From: a virus
Lineage: Duplodnaviria; Caudoviricetes
IMG/VR virus record: IMGVR_UViG_3300024520_000442
Coordinates: 1-25,901 of that record
Length of the DNA: 25,901 nucleotides
Reading direction: 5' to 3' (one strand)
Shown: piece by piece, positions 7,137-15,676 of the stretch
Layout of the letters: each line of letters opens with the position of its first letter
Numbering within the stretch: position 1 is the first letter of the stretch
Notes under the pieces: generated by a model
Told to the model about the DNA's origin: nothing
Databases searched by the model: none
What the model saw: only the letters and a program-made list of their open reading frames with translations
Made by a program: the position numbers and the translations under genes

Positions 7137-8039
7137 CTACGCTGCGCGAATCGCCTCTGCCTGCATGCTGTCCGGCGTCAGCCAAACCGTACCGCCCAGG
7201 TTGTTGTCCGTGCCGAACGTAACGAGGTTCGGGTCCGCGATCACAATGGAGCCCGGGAATCGGTTGATTGTGGTGATCGTCTTGGCGACCGGAGTCATGC
7301 CGAGATCCAGCACCGCACCACCATACACATTCACGAGCGTAGCCGTGCCCAGGTCGGTACCGCTGGAGTAGACGCACGTACCGCCGTACAGGTGCAGCGT
7401 ATCGATCTGCTCTTCGTCCTGGAACATGCGCCCCGAATGCATGTGAACGACACTGATCCGGCCCGTGGAGAACACGGTACCCGCCTGCACGGTCAGATCC
7501 GTTACCATCACGGCGGTGGTAGCGCCGCTCTTCGCGTGGATCGTGAGCCGCGCACCTTCAGCGCCTAGCCCCGTGGTGTTCGTGATCTCGACGAGCGCCG
7601 GAACCGATACCGTACCCAGGGTCGCCGCAAGCTCGACGTGCCCCGACAGGACGGAAATCTTTTCGATCCGGTCGCCGTCCAGATGCGCGGCCATGTTCAT
7701 GTTGGGGCTGTCGACGATCACCTCGTCGGTAAACTCCGTCGGGTTTCCGCCGTCGTCGTAATCCGACTTGAAGTACATCGAACCGCTACCCGCGTGATGC
7801 ACCCGCGCCGCATCGATGCGCAACGGTGATGCCAGCGACGCCACCATCCCCGGGTAGTGCCGGTCCGTCCGAAGCAAGTCAAGCTTGACGTCGGTCTCCG
7901 TCGAGCCCAGCACCGACTGAGTATTAGCCGCCCGAAACTTGGCTTCGTTGGTATCGACGGGCGCCGCTCCCAACGTCCAGTTCCCGGCCGAATTCCAAAC
8001 GCCCGGCGCCGCCCCAACCCACAGTGTTTCCGCACCCAT
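7137..8039 (-). CDS. Putative beta-helix virion/tail protein (300 aa)
   Basis: N-terminal WVGAAPGVWNSAGNW motif and repeated short beta strands (LTVQAGTV, VHMHSGRM, LHLYGGTC, VNVYGGAV); AAGGA RBS. Confidence 0.65.
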   Translation of the reverse strand: MGAETLWVGAAPGVWNSAGNWTLGAAPVDTNEAKFRAANTQSVLGSTETDVKLDLLRTDRHYPGMVASLASPLRIDAARVHHAGSGSMYFKSDYDDGGNPTEFTDEVIVDSPNMNMAAHLDGDRIEKISVLSGHVELAATLGTVSVPALVEITNTTGLGAEGARLTIHAKSGATTAVMVTDLTVQAGTVFSTGRISVVHMHSGRMFQDEEQIDTLHLYGGTCVYSSGTDLGTATLVNVYGGAVLDLGMTPVAKTITTINRFPGSIVIADPNLVTFGTDNNLGGTVWLTPDSMQAEAIRAA

Positions 8040-8090
8040 CGCATGATCCTTTCACTTGCCGTCGCGTTGCCTGGCGAGGCGCTGTCAACG

Positions 8091-8119
8091 ACAGTACCAC
8101 CCTAACCCCGCCGACGCAA
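8091..8119 (-). promoter_or_regulatory. Candidate internal sigma70-like promoter upstream of the fibre block
   Basis: TTGCGT-N17-TACTGT with an extended -10 TGn, in an 80-bp intergenic gap. Confidence 0.4.
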
Positions 8120-9517
8120 TTATCGTGCGCCGCGGCCTATCGCGTTCCACGGACAATCCGGTGCCGGGTGCGCCGCGCGGCGCAACGTCCTGGCGAACAG
8201 CCCGCCGCATCGCGCTCCGCGGTCGCACAGGTATCGGCAGTTCGTTTCTGCGGGCATCCAGCGGGGGCACTGCTCGCACAGCGCCAGGCGGGCGGCCACG
8301 AGCTGTGCTATCCGCGGGTCCTCGACCGGCTCGGGCTGGTTCGACGGGTCCTCCCGTTGCCGTTGCCACGCCTCAAACGAGGCTTGCACCTGCGCTTCAG
8401 TCCGGTTAAAGGACCGGCGCCGCTCCGCCCACCGAGCCAACCGCGTCCGACCGCCCTCGCCGAGCTGATCCAGATAGTCGTCCTCGCCGCGCGCCAGGAT
8501 AGACGCGTTCGGCGGTCTCCCTCGCGTCGGCTCCACCGGCGGCAGCTTGGTCGCGCCCGGGGCGCGGGGCGGCGGTGGCGGCGGAACGGCCGGCGACGTC
8601 CGAACCACGGCAGCGTCCGGGCACGCCATGTGCGAGACATACCCAGCCGTCGCGCCCATAGACGGTAGCGCGCAGCCGCCTGGGAAGCCGCTCGGCTGGT
8701 GGTATGCATACAACGGGCACGCACCGCCCAAACTCGACAGACTCGCTGCGTCTAATTGGATGAACAGCCCATTCACAGTGCCCTCACAGCTCGGCGCCGC
8801 GGAGACAATCGGCCTGCCCTGAACCCTCCCCCCCATGACCGCCCAGCATGTACACTCACAATTCTCGCCGGGGTTGCACGGCGCTGGCGCTATCTCCCCT
8901 TGGACCGAAACGCTTACGTCCGTCGGGCCACCCCATTCGGTCGTCTGGTATGCAAGGTTGAAAACCTCACTACTGTAGTTCGTGTTCAGATGGAACCCCA
9001 TCGGCTGGATGTCCATCGTACGCACAGTCGCGGCGCCGCAAAGTCGATGGAAGTTCGTCCGTGCGAATGTCGCGCAGTAGCCGAAGGTCGGCGCCAGGTA
9101 GACGGCAGTGCACCAGTAGGAGCACCTCGCGCCTGTCGGATCGATTGGCTGGATCGTGTGGAAGCGTTCGGTCGTGGTGTAGAACTCTTCCGGGTCGCCC
9201 TGCGGGTACTGATCGTCGATGTGGATAACCCAGTGGTCGAATATGGCGACGGTTCCAGTGTAGGACGACGTGATACTTGACCCGGCACGTATGCCGACCG
9301 GATCCCCGCGCTCGAACCGCGTCCACGCCATCGACCCACCGGACGGCTGTCCCACCTCACAGTGGGGCGTTGTGAAGCCTAGGTTCAGATTGGTGTTGTA
9401 AAACCACCCATTGTACCCCTGCACCTGGATCTCCAGGGTGACCTTGCACGGGCATTCCTCCACCTCGGGAACACAGCAGCACAGCAGCTTGGCGGCGGAT
9501 CCCAGCGCCTGCGTCAT
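8120..9517 (-). CDS. Cysteine-rich putative tail-tip protein (465 aa) with a Pro-rich linker and C-terminal CxxC domain
   Basis: ATGA overlap with the upstream gene; N-terminal LLCCC...CPC, 24 Cys in total, PPPPPP linker, C-terminal RLALCEQC...C...C...C...CPW. Confidence 0.7.
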   Translation of the reverse strand: MTQALGSAAKLLCCCVPEVEECPCKVTLEIQVQGYNGWFYNTNLNLGFTTPHCEVGQPSGGSMAWTRFERGDPVGIRAGSSITSSYTGTVAIFDHWVIHIDDQYPQGDPEEFYTTTERFHTIQPIDPTGARCSYWCTAVYLAPTFGYCATFARTNFHRLCGAATVRTMDIQPMGFHLNTNYSSEVFNLAYQTTEWGGPTDVSVSVQGEIAPAPCNPGENCECTCWAVMGGRVQGRPIVSAAPSCEGTVNGLFIQLDAASLSSLGGACPLYAYHQPSGFPGGCALPSMGATAGYVSHMACPDAAVVRTSPAVPPPPPPRAPGATKLPPVEPTRGRPPNASILARGEDDYLDQLGEGGRTRLARWAERRRSFNRTEAQVQASFEAWQRQREDPSNQPEPVEDPRIAQLVAARLALCEQCPRWMPAETNCRYLCDRGARCGGLFARTLRRAAHPAPDCPWNAIGRGAR

Positions 9518-10089
9518 GGCCCACCCCCGCAGTCGGTGGTTTGCGTGAACGCCGGACCGTTCACCCCAACCCATTCGCCCTCGGTCGGACAGCCATCCTC
9601 ATCGCAGTCCGTCGGCAAGTACGCGCTCAGCATGACGCGCTGCGCCGGGTAGGATGTGAACGCGTATCGGGTCGCGCCACTTTGCACGAATTCGTGTACG
9701 AGCGCATACCGCTTGGACGTCGGTACCACCACGCCGCCCACGTCGTGCCAGATCGCGTGGAGCTGACCGCCCAGCTCGTCCAGGTTGTGCGCCGTGACCC
9801 AGCGTCCGCCCTCGAGCGGAGCCGCGTCGGACCACGACTCGCCCGCCGCTGGCAACGCCAGCTCCCGGACCCAATACTGTTCGGTGGTGTAGTCGGCGTC
9901 ACCTTCGTCCGGCCCGCTCCGCACGATCTCCGCGACGAACATCGAGGCGCTAGGCGTGTCGTCGGCCGGCAGTGCGGCTGTCCGGCGTGGCCGGCCGCGA
10001 TTGTCGATCGGCTTGTTTTCGACCTCGCGAACCGCGTTGATGATCCGCCCAGCGCCCTCGCGGTTGAATGTCACGGACTCGGACGCCAT
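9514..10089 (-). CDS. Putative tail-tip protein (191 aa)
   Basis: TAATG coupling at 10089; begins MASESVTFNREGAGRIINAVREVE; second gene after the tape measure gene. Confidence 0.65.
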   Translation of the reverse strand: MASESVTFNREGAGRIINAVREVENKPIDNRGRPRRTAALPADDTPSASMFVAEIVRSGPDEGDADYTTEQYWVRELALPAAGESWSDAAPLEGGRWVTAHNLDELGGQLHAIWHDVGGVVVPTSKRYALVHEFVQSGATRYAFTSYPAQRVMLSAYLPTDCDEDGCPTEGEWVGVNGPAFTQTTDCGGGP

Positions 10090-11090
10090 TACGTTGGGAT
10101 CCTCAGCAGGCCGAACGGCAGCGAGACGTACGGCTTGAACAGCGTATCGGCGGCATCGGCCCCCGGCTCGACTTGCTTCCCGGCCAGGTCGAGCGGCATC
10201 GGGATCTGCGAGCGGATCATTTTCGGATCGGTGTTTGCCGGCGGGTCTTTCCATACCGGGCGCCACACACCGTTCTCGTCCAGCGTCGTGTCCTGCACCA
10301 TGACGGCCGTCCGGACACCGTCGACCAACTGCGTCAGGCTGAAGCTTGCCAGCACGAGGTCATGCGGGCCAGCATCGCCCAGCGGGACGAATGGGTTGCC
10401 ACCCATCAGCATTGTCAGGCCTATGCTGACGTAAGGCCTCGACCAATCAAGTTCGTTGTTGAGCGTCCACCCCGTGATCTTCGCCCGCCGCGCGCCAACC
10501 ACATACCCCAGCATCCCCTTGCATGTGAACGGTTCCGAGTTTATCGCGCTGGCGTAATTGGCCATGATCTGCGGATTGTATGTCCAGCTATTCCATGACA
10601 CGGAAAGCTGAGTCATGTTGTAATCGACGGCGGGCGCCGGGTCGTATTCTACGCCCGCCGTATTAAGAACGCGTTTTCCCTCGGCATCGTAGACTATCTC
10701 TCGGGTCATGCCGATCGTAGTCCAGCTCCAGCGTGGAGTCTTCGCGAGCGGACTGATAGGCGCATTACCCCCTGCGATCGCCGCGTAGGACACGGTGACC
10801 AGATGATTGGTCATGGACGAGCCGTCCGGCTTGGCGTCCTTCGCGCGGACGGTCAGGTAGTCGTCGGTACCCGCACCCGGTCCGATACCACCTTCGTCCG
10901 GAGTATACCTCTCGGACAACGACGGTATCCGCACGCCGGTAGTCGGGTCGACCGCCTCGGTCAGCACCGCGCCCTCATCCTGCGGATCGTCCGTCAACAC
11001 TCGCCAGACGCGGACAGCCGTCAGATTGCCGTCGGAATCCGTGTGATAGCCGCGGCCCTTGTTCTCTCTGAGCACCTGCAGGACAGCCAT
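10089..11090 (-). CDS. Putative distal-tail/hub protein (333 aa)
   Basis: First gene after the tape measure gene, beta-rich, GGGGG RBS; function inferred from synteny. Confidence 0.6.
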   Translation of the reverse strand: MAVLQVLRENKGRGYHTDSDGNLTAVRVWRVLTDDPQDEGAVLTEAVDPTTGVRIPSLSERYTPDEGGIGPGAGTDDYLTVRAKDAKPDGSSMTNHLVTVSYAAIAGGNAPISPLAKTPRWSWTTIGMTREIVYDAEGKRVLNTAGVEYDPAPAVDYNMTQLSVSWNSWTYNPQIMANYASAINSEPFTCKGMLGYVVGARRAKITGWTLNNELDWSRPYVSIGLTMLMGGNPFVPLGDAGPHDLVLASFSLTQLVDGVRTAVMVQDTTLDENGVWRPVWKDPPANTDPKMIRSQIPMPLDLAGKQVEPGADAADTLFKPYVSLPFGLLRIPT

Positions 11091-11100
11091 CGCACCCCCC

Positions 11101-12642
11101 TTAGAACGTCATAACGATCGGCAGCGCCGTCTGTAAGTCTTGGCTCAGTTGCGTGATGGCCTGGCTTGTCGATCCGGTGTTCGTCACAATCGAGCCCAAC
11201 AGCTTCTGTGTGTTGCGCCCCTGGTTGGCCGCGGCGAATGCCGCACGCTTGGCTTCCGCGGATCCGCTCACGAGCAACGGCGCGAAGGCACCGGCCTTGA
11301 AGCTATCCGATAGTGCCTTGCCGACGCCGCCGATTGTTGTGGACTGTACAGCATCGGAGAGCGTCGCAGCAGCCTCGGCCGCCGCTTGCGCCCTGTCCCG
11401 GACTTCCGCAATCCAGGCCAAGGCCCTGTCACCGAAAGACGCCTGTGCGTCGAAGTTCTTCAACTCGTCTAATATGCCTTTCGTGAAGCCGACGAAATCA
11501 CTCAATGCCACCCGCGCGGCGCCAGCATAGACATCTCTTCCACTCGCGATGGACGCTCGCAGCGCCGCTTCAGTGGTCCGGCTTAGCTGTAGAAACCTTG
11601 CCACCGTGTTAGACGGGTCGAGCACGGCCAACGGCGTTAATGTCTGCCGGAGCTTCGTGATCTTTGACAGCAACATATTCCCGAACTTCGCAAGCTGATT
11701 GACCAGCCAGCTCACAAGCTCGACCACCTGCAGCTTCATCCACTTGATCAAGCCGAGCACCAATTGCCGCACCTGAATGAAGATCCGTAGCCCTTGCTGG
11801 AAGGCGTCCGCCACCCGTGCGACAATGAGGACCACGGTTTCAAGGGCACGTCGGATCTTGGCCGCAGACCCCTCACCCTCAACACCCCACGCAATCATCC
11901 GTTTATTTGACTCAATGAGGAACGGCGTCACGAACAGCGCGATTTCATTTCCGATGCCCCGGAATATCTCGCCGACCCTAAGTAGCGAGTCATTCAACAT
12001 CTCGAGCTTTTTGGTCTCGATCCTCGTCAGCGCCGTGCCCATCAGCAAGGCTTCGCGCTTGGTCTCTGCGAACGCCTTCGAGCCGGCTGTCATGGTGTTG
12101 ATTACCTTGACGCCACCCGTGTCAAAGAGCTTCATGGCCAGCCGAACCTTATCGGCCTGCAGCCCCACGGCCTTGATCGCGTCCGCGATCTTGAGGAACG
12201 CGGCTTCAGTGCCAAGCGCGTTCAGCTCCACCGGATCTAGTTTTAGCTCTTTGAACGCTGCTACGGCCTCGCCGGTTCCTACGGCCGCAGCTGAGGTCCG
12301 GCGCACGAACCGCTGCAGCGCCATGTCGAACGTCTTTACCTCGACGCCGCTTAGCCGTGCTTGCAGATGGAAGCCGGCCAGCGCTTCGGTAGACAATCCA
12401 AGCAAATCGGCAGTCTTACCGAGCGCGTCGTTGATCTTGAGCGATTGCCGGACCATGAGCGCCATGGCCCCGATAGCCGCGGCACCCAGTGCAACGCCCC
12501 ATTTCGCGACGCGCACCGATAGGCCCTTGATGCGGGTGGCGAACTTCGTCACTTGCTTGACGGCCCGCTGCATCTTCTTCTGGAAGGCCTTGACCTGCGC
12601 GGACAGGATGATTGTGATCTTGCCGGTGCGCTTCTTACCCAT
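11101..12642 (-). CDS. Tail tape measure protein (513 aa)
   Basis: Lambda-type N-terminus (ITIILSAQVKAFQKKMQRA), Ala-rich helices, LGKTADLLGLSTEAL and AMKLFDTGG motifs; follows the chaperone pair. Confidence 0.9.
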   Translation of the reverse strand: MGKKRTGKITIILSAQVKAFQKKMQRAVKQVTKFATRIKGLSVRVAKWGVALGAAAIGAMALMVRQSLKINDALGKTADLLGLSTEALAGFHLQARLSGVEVKTFDMALQRFVRRTSAAAVGTGEAVAAFKELKLDPVELNALGTEAAFLKIADAIKAVGLQADKVRLAMKLFDTGGVKVINTMTAGSKAFAETKREALLMGTALTRIETKKLEMLNDSLLRVGEIFRGIGNEIALFVTPFLIESNKRMIAWGVEGEGSAAKIRRALETVVLIVARVADAFQQGLRIFIQVRQLVLGLIKWMKLQVVELVSWLVNQLAKFGNMLLSKITKLRQTLTPLAVLDPSNTVARFLQLSRTTEAALRASIASGRDVYAGAARVALSDFVGFTKGILDELKNFDAQASFGDRALAWIAEVRDRAQAAAEAAATLSDAVQSTTIGGVGKALSDSFKAGAFAPLLVSGSAEAKRAAFAAANQGRNTQKLLGSIVTNTGSTSQAITQLSQDLQTALPIVMTF

Positions 12643-13003
12643 GGCGCGGCGACCTCTTCCGCCGATTGGCGTACATGTCCAACGTCATTTTCGCAGCCAT
12701 CCAGCCAGCATCATCATCGCCCACGTTCCGCTTCTCGGTCACGCGATCTCGGGCCGCATCCCAGTCAAGCACGACACCGTCGTCCGAAAGCTTCGTCGGG
12801 TTCTTGGGATCGCCGAACGCGTTGCAGATCGTCGCCACGATATGCCCCGTGTTCACGTCCATCCGGTGCCCGCCGATCGGTTCCAGCGCCGCGAATTCGC
12901 ACCAGTCCAAAAACTCCCGCATCATCATTTCCACCTTGAGACGTCGGACCGTTATCCCAAGGTGACCCGCCACCCGGTGCATCATTATCCGCAGTGGCGT
13001 CAT
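12635..13003 (-). CDS. Tail assembly chaperone, second (gpT-like) part
   Basis: HRVAGHLGITVRRL...EFLDWCEFAALEPIG is typical of lambda-T-like chaperones; reachable by -1 frameshift from the upstream gene. Confidence 0.8.
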   Translation of the reverse strand: MTPLRIMMHRVAGHLGITVRRLKVEMMMREFLDWCEFAALEPIGGHRMDVNTGHIVATICNAFGDPKNPTKLSDDGVVLDWDAARDRVTEKRNVGDDDAGWMAAKMTLDMYANRRKRSPRHG

Positions 13004-13440
13004 TCGTTTTTTGGGGCCTCCGGTTCCTCCGGGTTCTCCGGTTCCACTGCTTCCGGCTTGTAACGCAGCGAGACAGGCCCCGGGACTTCGTCGTTTCCTA
13101 AGCCGCTCAGTTCGAGCGCTGTGGTCATAATGCGGTGCATGACGATCCAGCTCCGCTTCCGCAGCGCGGCCATGTCCTTCCGGTCGAAGAGCGGGGTGCC
13201 GTCCTCATTGACGACACAGCACCGGACCACGTGCTCAATGGCCCCGTTGCTCGAGCCGCTCTTATCGCGGCCGACGATCGCCGCCATATCCTGGCATTCG
13301 CCAACCGACAGACCCCGCACCCAGCAGCCGCCGTCCTGGCCCCACTCTGGCGTGGGCACCCACTCGCGCTCCAGGTCGTCCGATGTCATGATCTCAGCCG
13401 CCGACAGGCACCGGCGGGTCGTTCCGTTCCCGTTTTCCAT
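13000..13440 (-). CDS. Tail assembly chaperone (gpG-like)
   Basis: VPTPEWG...VRGLSVGE...CVVNEDGTPLF...LELSGL pattern, ends in KNE; located between the tail tube and tape measure genes. Confidence 0.85.
   Translation of the reverse strand: MENGNGTTRRCLSAAEIMTSDDLEREWVPTPEWGQDGGCWVRGLSVGECQDMAAIVGRDKSGSSNGAIEHVVRCCVVNEDGTPLFDRKDMAALRKRSWIVMHRIMTTALELSGLGNDEVPGPVSLRYKPEAVEPENPEEPEAPKNE
13006..13016 (-). other. Predicted -1 ribosomal frameshift slippery site
   Basis: Minus strand GCC CCA AAA AAC GAA TGA contains C CCA AAA and A AAA AAC heptamers; the -1 frame (AAA AAA CGA ATG) joins ORF 12635..13003. Confidence 0.75.
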
Positions 13441-13458
13441 TCGCTTCTCCTGCGATTG

Positions 13459-13878
13459 TTACGCGCTGCCAGCGGTATGCACCCAGACCCCGCTGAGTTT
13501 CCAGGTGAGCCGCCACTTGAGCACGCCCACGTTAATGATCCACTGAAGACCGGACAGGAATCCGTCGCCCACTTCCTTCGCCGCCGTCGACTCGCCAGTC
13601 TTTAGCGGGTACGTCAACGTCAGGACCTCAACAGGCAAGGAAATCGGCGGCTGAACCGCCGCATCCGGATCGGCGTACCCCTCGGCCGTGATCGTCCCGG
13701 GATCGATCACGTGCGGCAGGAACTCCTTTGCGTGCTGCGTGCCGGTGATCGCCGTACCGTTGAGCTTCGTAACCTCGTCGTATTCCCGGTTGGGGCCGTC
13801 GCGTGTCCCGCTCTCCGCGTCAAACACAAATGCGCTGTCGGCACCCGTGACGTTGAAACCGAAACCAGTTGTTGCCAT
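13459..13878 (-). CDS. Tail tube (major tail) protein-like, copy B
   Basis: REYDEVTKL...KEFLPHVIDPGTITAEG...WRLTWKLSG; AAAGG RBS; canonical major-tail position. Confidence 0.75.
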   Translation of the reverse strand: MATTGFGFNVTGADSAFVFDAESGTRDGPNREYDEVTKLNGTAITGTQHAKEFLPHVIDPGTITAEGYADPDAAVQPPISLPVEVLTLTYPLKTGESTAAKEVGDGFLSGLQWIINVGVLKWRLTWKLSGVWVHTAGSA

Positions 13879-13893
13879 CTCGTTACCTTTCGT

Positions 13894-14280
13894 CTATGGG
13901 TCGATTTCCCAGTCAAGCGTAGCCTTGAACGTCATTTCGGTGTCCATCCGACCCTGCTCGAAGTTGGTCGTATTCCCGACGTTGAAGATGGTGCACACGT
14001 AGGTCGTCGAGTCCGGGAATAGGATCGTAGCCGGCTGGGGAACTTCCGCGATCGGCGGCGGGTCCGACGTGTCCAGGATCGAGGTCAACGTCAGTTCGCC
14101 GCCGTCCATCGGGCCGGGGACAAACTCCTTCCAGATCACTCCAGACGCGTCGACCGGCGAATCCAGGTGCGTCACGTCCACCGCCTCTCGCGTAATGTCG
14201 CCGATGTTCATCACGACAACCGGGCTGTCCCACGCGCTCCCGGCAATCGACAAGGTTGCCTTTGATCCGATCCCAGCCAT
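13894..14280 (-). CDS. Tail tube (major tail) protein-like, copy A
   Basis: ITREAVDVTHLDS...WKEFVPGPMDGGELTLT...EMTFKAT matches the siphophage tail-tube pattern; AAGGA RBS. Confidence 0.8.
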   Translation of the reverse strand: MAGIGSKATLSIAGSAWDSPVVVMNIGDITREAVDVTHLDSPVDASGVIWKEFVPGPMDGGELTLTSILDTSDPPPIAEVPQPATILFPDSTTYVCTIFNVGNTTNFEQGRMDTEMTFKATLDWEIDP

Positions 14281-14293
14281 AAAAGTATCCTTT

Positions 14294-14743
14294 CTACGCA
14301 GTCGCTATCTGCTCGTCAAAAGCAACCTCGTATGTTTGCGTCAAGGCCCACGCCCGGAATTGCGATTCCCCTGTCGGCCCGATGTATCGCTCTTCTTCCG
14401 GTTCGTCACCGCCGTGGGGCAAGATTCGAATGCAGTGCACCCAAACCTCACCGATCTGTCCCATCTTGTGATCAAGCCCCATGCGCACTTGGTCCGCGAA
14501 TTGGCGCACCAGTGCGTACTCGCTGTGATAGCTCGTCACTTCGACGGGCCGCTGTACAAGCGCGATGATCGTATTGAGCGCCGCGTTCCGCAGATCCGGG
14601 CCGGCGCGATATGTGATCGCCGGCAGTTTCCAATGCTGCAGCAAGCTCGCCGGTCTGATCCGGTGAGCACCTTGCGGGTCAAGGATGCGCGGACCTATCC
14701 ACGGGTTCTCGGTCAGTAGCTTGACTATTGCCGACTCGCCCAT
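14294..14743 (-). CDS. Tail terminator / tail completion protein (DUF3168-like)
   Basis: ATG at 14743; RIRP...LPAITY...V-x-SY...LVRQFADQVRMGLD pattern; position before the tail tube genes. Confidence 0.7.
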   Translation of the reverse strand: MGESAIVKLLTENPWIGPRILDPQGAHRIRPASLLQHWKLPAITYRAGPDLRNAALNTIIALVQRPVEVTSYHSEYALVRQFADQVRMGLDHKMGQIGEVWVHCIRILPHGGDEPEEERYIGPTGESQFRAWALTQTYEVAFDEQIATA

Positions 14744-14744
14744 A

Positions 14745-15296
14745 TCAAAACGCGTCCAGTAGTCCGTCGAGGATCTCGGACATTGCGATGTCCATAGTCG
14801 CATCTGCCTTCGCTTCGAACGCCGGATTCCCGAACGGCAGCACCGGCATGATACCCGTGGACCGCAGGCCAGTGCCCTCGGCACCGGCATCCGGCGGACG
14901 CTCGCCCGCGCGAACGGCCCGGCGAACAGCAAGACGGAAGTCTTCGCCCTCGGCGCGCCGGACCTTCCTCTCCTTCTCACTGGCACCGAGCCGCGCGCGG
15001 AACCGAGGCTCCGTGCCTTCGTCGACCAGATGCTGGTGCGGCGCCTTGTTGTGAAGCGGGCCGATCGCCTTGATGAACCCGCCGGAGACAGTCCGGCTGA
15101 CGCGGCGCACGCTTGTCCGCAGGTCACCCTCCTGCTTCTTGCTAACCTGGCGGATCTGCTTCCGCATCTCGCGGGCGAGCGGCAGCGATGCCAGGTTGAT
15201 CGCGCGTCGCACGATCTGCCGCTGTTTGGAACCGGGCAGCCGCTCGAGGCGCCGCCGCACGCGGTCCGCGCCCTTGATGATTAGCTGTGTTTCCAT
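14745..15296 (-). CDS. HK97 gp10-like neck/tail-completion protein
   Basis: IKGADRVRRRLERL...GDLRTSV...PHQHLVDEGT...MPVLPFGNPAFE is the gp10 signature; TGATG coupling. Confidence 0.8.
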   Translation of the reverse strand: METQLIIKGADRVRRRLERLPGSKQRQIVRRAINLASLPLAREMRKQIRQVSKKQEGDLRTSVRRVSRTVSGGFIKAIGPLHNKAPHQHLVDEGTEPRFRARLGASEKERKVRRAEGEDFRLAVRRAVRAGERPPDAGAEGTGLRSTGIMPVLPFGNPAFEAKADATMDIAMSEILDGLLDAF

Positions 15297-15676
15297 CAGG
15301 GTACCTCCGGGACGGCGATCGCTCGCATGGCTGTAGTCGCCATCCACTCGCCCTTGTAATCCCAGTCGACGACCGTCTTGATATCCCATCGGTGACCCGT
15401 ATCCCGGCACACGAACCACCGGTCGACCCGGATATCCGGATCGTAGCGGACATAGATCGCGACGCGTTCGGACGCCGCCATCCGCTCCTCGAGGTCCTGC
15501 TCTGACGCCGTCAGGTGCTCGACGTGTGCCAGATGCCCGTCGGAAACCAGGCTGTCTGAGACGTCGACCTCGCCGTACTCGTTCTGTGGGGTTCCCGTGG
15601 GCCGCCCGTGCTCGTACAGGTCCAGCACGTGGTCGAGCGGCAAGCGCGAAAATTCCTGCAAGTTCCGCGGACGCAT
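15296..15676 (-). CDS. Head closure / head-tail adaptor (SPP1 gp16-like)
   Basis: QNEYGE...AHVEHLTASE...IYVRYDPDI...WDIKTVVDWD pattern; TGATG coupling. Confidence 0.8.
   Translation of the reverse strand: MRPRNLQEFSRLPLDHVLDLYEHGRPTGTPQNEYGEVDVSDSLVSDGHLAHVEHLTASEQDLEERMAASERVAIYVRYDPDIRVDRWFVCRDTGHRWDIKTVVDWDYKGEWMATTAMRAIAVPEVP

Noticed and set aside
11777-13063. 428-aa plus-strand ORF and other plus-strand ORFs across the window
   Set aside because: They lie opposite well-supported minus-strand genes and have the Ser/Ala/Arg-rich composition of antisense frames.
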